Shown here: positions 56,935 to 64,000 of the stretch, one piece after another
How the letters are laid out: every line of letters begins with the position of its first letter
Position numbering within the stretch: the first letter of the stretch is position 1
Source of the DNA: Candidatus Sungiibacteriota bacterium
GTDB lineage: Bacteria; Patescibacteriota; Minisyncoccia; Sungbacterales; JACQCQ01
Length of the DNA: 64,000 nucleotides
Assembly (NCBI GenBank): GCA_016201505.1
Contig: JACQCQ010000009.1
Span: forward strand, 65,991-129,990
Direction of reading: 5' to 3'
Position numbers and translations under genes: made by a program
The notes under the pieces: generated by a model
The model's input: only the letters and a program-made list of their open reading frames with translations
What the model was told of the DNA's origin: nothing
Database searches by the model: none

Positions 56935-57176
56935 GGAAGCGTGGCAGAGTAATTGAATGGGGCGGCTCGTCCCGTTAGAAATGGCGGGGTGCCAGAGTGG
57001 GTGAATGGGGCGGTCCCGAAAACCGTTAAGGGAGAAATCCCTTCGTGAGTTCGAATCTCACCCCCGCCGTTTCTAACGGGATCGAGAAAACCGTTATACC
57101 GGCAACGGTATCGGAAGCCTGCCCGCCTAAGTTTTGCTCAGCAAAGTTTTGGCAGGTTCGGATCCACCCGCTTCCG
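56935..57176 (+). pseudogene. Disrupted outer tRNA-Ser with insertions in the anticodon loop and T-arm
   Basis: GGAAGCG/CGCTTCC-G acceptor stem, D-arm TGGCAGAGT..TGAAT, Ser-type variable arm ATACCG-GCAA-CGGTAT. Confidence 0.8.
56983..57069 (+). tRNA. tRNA-Ser(CGA), nested inside the outer tRNA between inverted repeats
   Basis: GGCGGGG/CCCCGCC-G, anticodon loop CC-CGA-AA, long variable arm, GTGAG-TTCGAAT-CTCAC. Confidence 0.88.
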
Positions 57177-57224
57177 TCGCATAAAGCTGGGCGCGAAGCC
57201 GCGTTCGACGTGCAAACAAAACAC

Positions 57225-57689
57225 ATGAGTCCGACGATTCCGCAAATTGAAATAGCATTAGGCACGCTGATTCTTTTTTTTCTTGCCTTTGGTTATTTTC
57301 TCTACGACACGCGGAAGAAATTAGTACGGTTGTTTCTCAATAAAGTTCCCGAGTCGCATGAAGAGTTTCTTTCGCAAATCGTCCGCCATGTTGAGCGTCA
57401 TGAAAACAATTTCAATACCCTCATCCCCAAAATTGAAGCGCTGGAGAGTCTCGCCAATCGGAGTTTCCAAAAAATCGGCTTTATACGGTTTAATCCCTTT
57501 GCCGATACCGGCGGGGATCAGAGCTTTTCCCTGGCCATCCTCGATCAGGAAAATAACGGCATCATTATTTCATCGCTCTATGGTCGGGAGGGAACGCGAG
57601 TCTATGCCAAAGCCGTGGACCACGGAGTTCCCAAACAGCCGATCAGCGGGGAAGAAGAGGAGGTGCTCGCCCGCGCCATGTCGAAATGA
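57225..57689 (+). CDS. DUF4446-family protein
   Basis: QK.G..RFNPF.DTGGDQSFS.A.LD...NG..ISSL..RE.TR.YAK. Confidence 0.88.
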   Translation: MSPTIPQIEIALGTLILFFLAFGYFLYDTRKKLVRLFLNKVPESHEEFLSQIVRHVERHENNFNTLIPKIEALESLANRSFQKIGFIRFNPFADTGGDQSFSLAILDQENNGIIISSLYGREGTRVYAKAVDHGVPKQPISGEEEEVLARAMSK

Positions 57690-57771
57690 TTGATTTCTCA
57701 TTAATCTCATTGACCTACATGGCGGGATTTATTTAGAAATTAGAAATTCGGAATTAGAAATTAAAAACTGT

Positions 57772-59316
57772 ATGGCCAAAACTGAAATCAAAAATCAAAA
57801 AACTGATGTTGGGGTTGCCAGACCCCCGGTCATCGTCGTGATGGGCCATGTTGATCATGGAAAAACGTCGCTGCTTGATTACATCCGTAAATCTCGGGTT
57901 GCTGAAAAAGAAACGGGCGGCATTACCCAGCACATCGGCGCCTATACGATTGGAAATGTCGCCGCCCCTTCTTCGCCAAAGGCTATGGAAGGGCAAAGAA
58001 AAATGACATTCATCGACACGCCGGGCCATGAGGCCTTTACCGCGATGCGCTCGCGCGGCGCGAGGGTGGCAGATATTGGAGTGCTCGTCGTTGCCGCCGA
58101 CGAAGGCGTGAAGCCGCAAACAAAAGAAGCCATTTCGATTTTAAAAGCGGCTGCTATTCCCTTTGTCGTCGCGCTCAACAAAATTGACCGGCCGGGGAAA
58201 GATGTCGAGAAAGTAAAACAGGAGTTGTCGGTGAATGAAGTGCAAGTTGAATCCTGGGGAGGAAAGATTCCCTCGGTTGAGGTCTCGGCCAAAACCGGCG
58301 AGGGCATTGATACTTTACTTGAGACAATTTTGCTGCTCGCTGAACTCGAAGAGCTTTCGTCGAACCCAAAAACAAACGCAAAAGGTGTGGTGATTGAGTC
58401 GCATCGTGATCCGCGGCGTGGTGGAACGGCCACGCTCCTCGTCCGTGAGGGGTCGCTTCGTCGCGGAGACTTTATCGTGATTGACGCGGCGGTGAGCTCG
58501 GTAAAAATTTTCGAGGATTTCCAGGGGAATGCTATTAGAGAGGCCGGTCCTTCGGATCCGGTGCGGATCGCTGGCCTTTCGGAGGTGCCGAATGTGGGGA
58601 GTGACGCCGAAGCATTCGCCTCAAAATCCGCAGCCGATCAGTTTGCCGCGAGCAAAGCTAGAGCCCACCCCCAAAAAGCTGAAGAAGTTGTTGGGGGGAA
58701 ATCCTATATTAATGTCATTTTGAAAACCGATGTTTCTGGTTCAAAGGAAGCCATTGAAGGAGTGTTGCAAACCATGCAGCTCCCCGATGTTGGGATACGC
58801 CTCATTCGATCCGAGGTCGGCGACGTCAATGATTCCGATGCGCAGCTCGCTCTCTCTTCAACCAACGTTGTCATCATTGGATTTAAGGTAAAGATGCCGG
58901 CACATCTCTTTGAGCAGTTAAAAAATTCAGACGCGCAAATTATTCAGGGAGAAATTATTTATGAAATCTTCGATAAGTTAAAAGAGGCCATTAAGCATTT
59001 AATTCCGGCTGAAATTCGCGAGGTGATTGCGGGGAAATTGAAGGTGCTCAAGTTTTTTAAGACTGATAAGTCAAGGCAGGTGATTGGCGGAAGAGTGGTT
59101 GAAGGAAAACTAAATCCGGGACTTGCCTTTCGTGTCCTGCGAAAAAATACCGTCCTGGGTCAGGGAAAAATTATTGGCTTGCAGAATCGAAAAGAGGCCA
59201 TATCCGAGGTGGCCGAAGGCAATGAATGTGGACTCTTGGCTGAAGCAGACATGCTGATTCAGGAAAATGATGTGCTTGAGGCGTATCGAGAGGAGAGGAT
59301 TGAGCGGTCGTTTTAA
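57772..59316 (+). CDS. infB: Translation initiation factor IF-2 (short, no N-terminal domain)
   Basis: RPPV..VMGHVDHGKTSLLD, GGITQHIGAY, DTPGHEAF, NKID, ECG. Confidence 0.97.
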   Translation: MAKTEIKNQKTDVGVARPPVIVVMGHVDHGKTSLLDYIRKSRVAEKETGGITQHIGAYTIGNVAAPSSPKAMEGQRKMTFIDTPGHEAFTAMRSRGARVADIGVLVVAADEGVKPQTKEAISILKAAAIPFVVALNKIDRPGKDVEKVKQELSVNEVQVESWGGKIPSVEVSAKTGEGIDTLLETILLLAELEELSSNPKTNAKGVVIESHRDPRRGGTATLLVREGSLRRGDFIVIDAAVSSVKIFEDFQGNAIREAGPSDPVRIAGLSEVPNVGSDAEAFASKSAADQFAASKARAHPQKAEEVVGGKSYINVILKTDVSGSKEAIEGVLQTMQLPDVGIRLIRSEVGDVNDSDAQLALSSTNVVIIGFKVKMPAHLFEQLKNSDAQIIQGEIIYEIFDKLKEAIKHLIPAEIREVIAGKLKVLKFFKTDKSRQVIGGRVVEGKLNPGLAFRVLRKNTVLGQGKIIGLQNRKEAISEVAEGNECGLLAEADMLIQENDVLEAYREERIERSF

Positions 59317-59432
59317 AATCCTAAATCCTAATTTCTAAATCCGAAACAAATCTCAATTCCCAAATCCAAAATCTGAAACATTAGAGTTTTGAATTTGTTT
59401 AGAGTTTAGGATTTCGTGCTTAGAGTTTAACT

Positions 59433-59777
59433 ATGAGACGCATCGAACAGGTAAATGATCTGATTCGCGCGGAACTCGGGCCGATTATGGATCGCGAGAT
59501 GGAGTTTCCGGTTGATTCGCTTGTCACTATCACGCGCGTTGTCACCTCGGCTGATTTGCACTACGCGGATATTTTTCTTTCCGTAATGCCGGTTGCAAGT
59601 GAAGGCGATGTGCTCGCGGTGCTCGAAAAAGAAGTTGGCAAGCTGCAGCATCTTTTAAATAAGAAACTGCGCATGCGGCCCGTGCCGCGAATTAAATTTA
59701 TGATTGACGTCGAGCAAAAGCGAGCCGATCGGATTGAGAAGCTTCTCTCGAAAGAGAATTTGAAAGAAAGAGGATAA
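59433..59777 (+). CDS. rbfA: Ribosome-binding factor A
   Basis: R...V...I, VTIT.V..S.DL..A, P.I.F..D; follows infB. Confidence 0.92.
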   Translation: MRRIEQVNDLIRAELGPIMDREMEFPVDSLVTITRVVTSADLHYADIFLSVMPVASEGDVLAVLEKEVGKLQHLLNKKLRMRPVPRIKFMIDVEQKRADRIEKLLSKENLKERG

Positions 59778-59818
59778 TAATGCACAATACTTCGCAGTAT
59801 AATTCCGCATAAAAGTCT

Positions 59819-59889
59819 GGCTGGGTGGCGGAGTGGTTACGCAAGGGTCTGCAAAACCCTGTACACGGGTTCAATTCCCGTCCCAGCCT
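59819..59889 (+). tRNA. tRNA-Cys(GCA)
   Basis: GGCTGGG/CCCAGCC-T, anticodon loop CT-GCA-AA. Confidence 0.93.
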
Positions 59890-59967
59890 CAATCGGATTT
59901 TTGTGAAGGATTGCGATTTGTCTCCAAACTTTCTACACTTTGTTCGAAAGCCTGGACAAATTGGGAA

Positions 59968-60006
59968 CAAAACCTTTTACACGGGTTCGACTCCCGTCCT
60001 AGCACT
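59968..60006 (+). repeat. Diverged 3'-half copy of tRNA-Cys (att-like scar)
   Basis: CAAAACCTTTTACACGGGTTCGACTCCCGTCCTAGC versus CAAAACCCTGTACACGGGTTCAATTCCCGTCCCAGC. Confidence 0.75.
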
Positions 60007-60008
60007 CC

Positions 60009-60095
60009 GGGAGAGTGGCGGAATTGGTATACGCGGTTGACTTAAAATCAACTGTCCATTTGGACTTGAGGGTTCGAGTCCCTCCTCTCCCACCA
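60009..60095 (+). tRNA. tRNA-Leu(UAA)
   Basis: GGGAGAG/CTCTCCC-A-CCA, anticodon loop CT-TAA-AA, variable arm. Confidence 0.95.
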
Positions 60096-60258
60096 TAGGA
60101 GAAACAAAATTATTTTCAGTGGCGTTTTCTTTGGCTTCCGCCAAAGAAAACGCCTTGTGCTAGGCACGGAAACTAGCCCGCACTAATTCAGGTATCCTGC
60201 ACCGCAAGTTATATTATATTGACATTGACTTGGCGCACACTAGAGTAGACCTACGACC

Positions 60259-60531
60259 ATGGCAAAGAAAAAGAGGACAAAACCGATGTCGCTGGAAAAT
60301 GTAGCTCGCATGACACAAGCAGGATTTTTGGGTGTGGGCCGACGCATCGATACGTTAGAAAAGAATACAGGTGAAGGTTTTAAAGGAATACTTGAGCTTC
60401 TTGACGCGATGAGGACGGACGTGAACTATATCAAGCACTCCATAAAGAATCTTCCGCTTTTAGAGCGTGACGTTGAGGATTTAAAATCTCGTCTTGTTTT
60501 GGTAGAGAAGCGCGTCGGATTGCGTCGCTAG
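60259..60531 (+). CDS. Small coiled-coil protein (paralogue of 32148)
   Basis: SLE..ARM...GF...R...LE...R...VE..G. Confidence 0.7.
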   Translation: MAKKKRTKPMSLENVARMTQAGFLGVGRRIDTLEKNTGEGFKGILELLDAMRTDVNYIKHSIKNLPLLERDVEDLKSRLVLVEKRVGLRR

Positions 60532-60692
60532 ATTTTTAAGGTTATCTATTCTGTCGTCCACCAGAAAGGAATTCGCAAGTTTTGAAGGTTCGCCTCGCGG
60601 AGTTTGTCCCGCATTTTACAGGACTCGGCGGCCTATTGCTCGGCCATGCAAGGTACAGCTTAGAGAGCCGCACCGCTGTCATGCACCAAGTT

Positions 60693-61001
60693 ATGCAAAA
60701 ACAGCAACAGGAAATTGATTCTTGGTTTAAAGAAAAAGGCTGGTCATACTGGTCGCCGCTTTCTATTTTGGCGCGCTTAATGGAGGAGACCGGTGAATTT
60801 GCAAGACTGGTAAATCACTTATTTGGCGATAAGCCAAAGAGAAGTGAAGGGGCAGATCAGCGGTTAGAAGATGAATTGGGGGATATTCTTTATACGCTTG
60901 CCTGCTTTGGGAATTCGCACAATATCGATCTTGATGCAGCACTCCAGAAAAGTATTGATAAAGTAAACAATCGCGACAGCGAAAGAAAATTTAAAAATTA
61001 A
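60693..61001 (+). CDS. MazG-like nucleotide pyrophosphohydrolase (YpjD-like)
   Basis: Y.SPL..LARL.EE.GE.AR, ELGD.LY. Confidence 0.9.
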   Translation: MQKQQQEIDSWFKEKGWSYWSPLSILARLMEETGEFARLVNHLFGDKPKRSEGADQRLEDELGDILYTLACFGNSHNIDLDAALQKSIDKVNNRDSERKFKN

Positions 61002-61074
61002 TCGCGCTTAGCGAAATGGGCAAAACGATTTATTATCGTTTTGCGGGACTTTACATTTAAACCGAATCCGAGGC

Positions 61075-61149
61075 GGGCGTTTAGCTCAGTGGTAGAGCGT
61101 CTCGTTTACACCGAGAAGGTCCAAGGTTCAATCCCTTGAACGCCCACCA
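61075..61149 (+). tRNA. tRNA-Val(UAC)
   Basis: GGGCGTT/AACGCCC-A-CCA, anticodon loop TT-TAC-AC. Confidence 0.95.
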
Positions 61150-62638
61150 TAAGGAGATTAAGAGGAATTTTATTTTCCAAACAATGGGCTTCCGCAATGG
61201 AAGCCCATTGTTTTTGTGGAACGCCACGCGCTTCGCGCGCGTGGAGTGTCAGGTTCAATCCGAAGATTTTTAGAGCCGTAACCTTTTTATGACTTAACAA
61301 GGGGGAAGAAACGATTTCGTCTATATTTTGCGCGTCTTTTATCCACTCCCGCAGAGGTTCTATCCAAACCGAGACCCCCTTTGCGACTTGGGCTATTTTC
61401 TCCTCCAACGACTTCTTGCGGGAGAGAAGGTTTGCCTTCTCGGAGCGGTAGATTTCCCGCTCAATATCTTGGTCAAGGTATGCGGTAAGAAGGCGTTGGA
61501 GTTTTTGAGAAATGGCCTGTATCTCGGTTCTCGTCTCTTGTATGGTGGCGGCCGTAGATTGGCTGGCCTCCTGTTCGTCCTTGTCGGCCATTTTAGATAG
61601 CTCTGCCGCCCATTCAGAAGGCAAGGCATAGTTTTTGATAAGCGCGGACAACTGCCGGTCAAGCTCCTCCTCGCGGATACAAGGTTCGGAGCATTTCATC
61701 GCTTTGGATTTCTTGGAACAGCGATAATAAGTGTAGTGATGAACATTGCCGTTCTGCTGATATTTCGTCTTCTGCTCGGCAGTTACCATCATCCCGCAAG
61801 TAGCGCACCGGAGCAGTCCGCAGAGGGCTTGAGGATTGTTAGCCTTTCTCTCCGGCTTGCCCCGTAACCGCAAGACTTCCTGAACGCGGTCAAAAAGTTG
61901 CTTCGTGATAACGGTTTCATGCTTGCCCTCATACATTTCTCCGCCGTAGCGAAAGAGGCCGCAATACAGAGGATTAGTTAAGATTCTCACAATGCGGGTG
62001 GAGTGGAGGCGGTTGCCTTCTTTAGACCTTACGCCGTGCTTTAGGAAAAGCTTGGATATATCCTCCAGCCGCGATTGTCCGTGCGAGTATAACTCAAAGG
62101 CCTCTTTCACAATTTTCGCCTTCTTGCGATCAACGACAATCTGTTTGATACGTACATCGTTTATATAGCCGATGGGCGCGATATTCGGATACTCGCCGCG
62201 CTTCACTTTCTCGTAGAGGCCGCGCTTGGTGTTCGTGCTTAAATCAAGAATATATTGATTGGCCATTCCGAACTCCACACTCATCATCAAAACATTGTCG
62301 TTGGGGCGATAGCTTCTGTCGTGTGTTTGGATGTGTTGAATTATGTCGCGCTGTAACATCCAGCTTATTTGTCCGCCGTCCACCGGATTGCGAGCAAGAC
62401 GATCTAATTTCCAACAAACAATGCCCTGCGCTTCGCCTTTCTCTACTCGTTCCATCATCTCGTTGAAGATCGGGCGGCCGGGCATTTTTGCCGACTGCTT
62501 TTCAATAAATTCTTCGGAGACGTTCAACTCTTCCGTTTTCGCTAACGCGCGCAAGACCGCAAGTTGGTCATCAATAGACCGGACTTGCTTGTCCTCAACA
62601 TCGGTAGATTTGCGGGCGTATAGAAAATATTTTGTCAT
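61106..62638 (-). CDS. Large serine recombinase (resolvase, recombinase and zinc-ribbon domains)
   Basis: YARKST, SAK..GRP.F..M, W.LDRLARN, C..CG...YYRC; the C-terminus runs antisense into tRNA-Val. Confidence 0.93.
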   Translation of the reverse strand: MTKYFLYARKSTDVEDKQVRSIDDQLAVLRALAKTEELNVSEEFIEKQSAKMPGRPIFNEMMERVEKGEAQGIVCWKLDRLARNPVDGGQISWMLQRDIIQHIQTHDRSYRPNDNVLMMSVEFGMANQYILDLSTNTKRGLYEKVKRGEYPNIAPIGYINDVRIKQIVVDRKKAKIVKEAFELYSHGQSRLEDISKLFLKHGVRSKEGNRLHSTRIVRILTNPLYCGLFRYGGEMYEGKHETVITKQLFDRVQEVLRLRGKPERKANNPQALCGLLRCATCGMMVTAEQKTKYQQNGNVHHYTYYRCSKKSKAMKCSEPCIREEELDRQLSALIKNYALPSEWAAELSKMADKDEQEASQSTAATIQETRTEIQAISQKLQRLLTAYLDQDIEREIYRSEKANLLSRKKSLEEKIAQVAKGVSVWIEPLREWIKDAQNIDEIVSSPLLSHKKVTALKIFGLNLTLHAREARGVPQKQWASIAEAHCLENKIPLNLLMVGVQGIEPWTFSV

Positions 62639-62697
62639 TGTAGTATAGTACTTATACATATCAACTCATAAGTCATTATATATAGAGTTATATAGGT

Positions 62698-62907
62698 ATG
62701 TCAAAAGACCAATCAACAATAGGAAAGACAATTCGTAAATACAGGCAGGAAAAGGAAATGTCGCAAGAGGCGTTAGCGCGGGCGGCTAACCTATCTCTCC
62801 CTACTATCGTTAAGATTGAATCCGGTGAGACACCTAATCCTACTATTGATACAGTTAAAAAGATTGCTGATGCGCTTGGCGTTTCTCTTGATGATTTGAT
62901 AAAATAA
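62698..62907 (+). CDS. XRE-family HTH regulator
   Basis: SQE.LAR.A.L....I.KIESG...NPTI.T..KIA.AL.VS.DDL. Confidence 0.93.
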   Translation: MSKDQSTIGKTIRKYRQEKEMSQEALARAANLSLPTIVKIESGETPNPTIDTVKKIADALGVSLDDLIK

Positions 62908-62911
62908 AACC

Positions 62912-63325
62912 ATGCTTTGCTTACACAAAAAACTTTCTGAAAATCTAATACTTTTTACGCTTGCCTCGTTTATTTTCATGAGCATTTTAGGGATAGGCGT
63001 AGGTATGGAAATGAAAGGCGGGCAAATGTCTTCTTGTCCGTTTACGGCAGGACAGGAAGCGATGTGCCAAATGAACATAATGGAACACATTGCCCAATGG
63101 CAACAGGCATTTCTCGGCATACCAACAAAGGGTAATTTTCTCGCACTCGCCGTATTGTTATTCGCCGTAGCTTTCATTCCATTCGCAAAACAATTTTCCC
63201 AACTTGAAAAACTAACCGAGCTTGCCGCGCGACTGTTTGCCTATCATAAAGCCAATCTTGTAAAAGTTTTTGATCCACTCCTCGTTGCTTTTTCAGACGG
63301 TATTCTCAATCCTAAAATTTACTAA
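62912..63325 (+). CDS. Hypothetical membrane protein with Cys/Met/His motif
   Basis: TM, M..CPF......C.M...EH...W, FS.GIL.PK.Y. Confidence 0.7.
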   Translation: MLCLHKKLSENLILFTLASFIFMSILGIGVGMEMKGGQMSSCPFTAGQEAMCQMNIMEHIAQWQQAFLGIPTKGNFLALAVLLFAVAFIPFAKQFSQLEKLTELAARLFAYHKANLVKVFDPLLVAFSDGILNPKIY

Positions 63326-63437
63326 GATAGCATTCTTTAATACTTGCGGACTTTGCCGACTTTAGTTTTTGGTTGCTTGGCAAATCGTAACCGCGAGTAT
63401 TTTGTTTTGCTGTGTCTTTTAGTTATCTCACAAACCT

Positions 63438-64000
63438 ATGAATAAAAAACTATCAATCACAATTCTTGCCTTCACAATTCTTGTTGGGGGATATTTCTAT
63501 CTTTCCCAAAAACAGGTGTTCGATTTTTCGGGCCAGTCTTCAGGAGAAAAAACATCGGGAGGTATCGTTAATGAAGCTTTGGCGGCGCGATTCGACTACT
63601 TGAGTAAAAATGGTAATTCGTCTTGCTCCGGCGGATTCAAAGATTCCATCACCAATATGCCGGATGATGCTCGCCTGCAAGGTTCTTGTTGCAGTCCCAT
63701 GAGCATGCATCGCTACAGCGAGCAGGTTGAGGGACTAAAGAAATTCAAATCCATTGCCAGCCAGAACATCGCGGAAATTCCTGACGATCCTTATAGTGTT
63801 GAGGCAAAACTCGCGAAGCAACTGATGTCATACTACGACATGGGGCTCACGCCAGAAGAACAAAAAGCGTATGACTACGCTATGCAAAATTCCAGTGAAA
63901 AAGGCCCTTGCTGTTGCAAATGTTGGCGATGGTATGTCTATGGTGGTCTCGGCAAATTACTAATCCAAAAATATCACTTCACCGGTGAACAAGTAACTGA
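63438..64000 (+). CDS. Membrane-anchored Cys-rich protein (partial, runs off the window)
   Basis: Open frame from ATG 63438: N-terminal TM, SCS, GSCCS, GPCCCKCWRW. Confidence 0.7.
   Translation, partial: MNKKLSITILAFTILVGGYFYLSQKQVFDFSGQSSGEKTSGGIVNEALAARFDYLSKNGNSSCSGGFKDSITNMPDDARLQGSCCSPMSMHRYSEQVEGLKKFKSIASQNIAEIPDDPYSVEAKLAKQLMSYYDMGLTPEEQKAYDYAMQNSSEKGPCCCKCWRWYVYGGLGKLLIQKYHFTGEQVT

Larger units (their letters stand above)
61106..64000. mobile_element. Left end of a genomic island integrated at tRNA-Val
   Basis: Recombinase abutting the tRNA 3' end, divergent XRE regulator and cargo genes; right end outside the window. Confidence 0.75.

Noticed and set aside
56970-57081. Group I intron in the tRNA anticodon loop
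   Set aside because: Only 112 nt and fully accounted for by inverted repeats plus a tRNA; no room for a ribozyme core
57045-57224. N-terminal extension of the DUF4446 ORF
   Set aside because: It is translated tRNA and repeat sequence; ATG 57225 is the plausible start
1-64000. Genome-wide stop-codon recoding (code 25 or TAG read-through)
   Set aside because: Conserved genes end at TGA (pilB, pilM) and TAG (MacB permease) at expected lengths; the three in-frame stops fall at Gly, Arg and Trp positions, each one substitution from a sense codon

Overview
A 64-kb stretch of a bacterial chromosome, most likely Patescibacteria/CPR (Parcubacteria-like). This assignment is inferred from the short IF2, the typical pilB-pilC-pilMNO and minor-pilin operon, a PaaX/Cas2-like gene, many small GIY-YIG genes and intergenic palindromes. 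The backbone carries hppA, nusA, the type IV pilus operon, hisS, pcm, nth, an HtrA protease, a MacAB-type exporter, an ECF sigma factor, infB, rbfA and eight intact-looking tRNAs. Accessory features: (i) a YcaO/SagB RiPP-type cluster (36.5-43 kb) with a membrane-targeted precursor whose C-terminal core is a repeated Gly/Ser/Thr/Cys stretch, plus a catalytically dead C39-like/TPR protein; (ii) two toxin-antitoxin cassette arrays flanking it, punctuated by diverged copies of the nth 3' end and of a TPR gene 5' end; (iii) a complete tRNA-Ser nested, between CCCGTTAG...CTAACGGG inverted repeats, in the anticodon loop of a second, broken tRNA-Ser; (iv) GIY-YIG genes boxed by inverted repeats just upstream of nusA and hisS; (v) a circularly permuted CcdA in a direct-repeat-flanked redox island; (vi) a serine-recombinase element at tRNA-Val running off the right edge. 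All calls come from reading the sequence by eye; no database searches were run.
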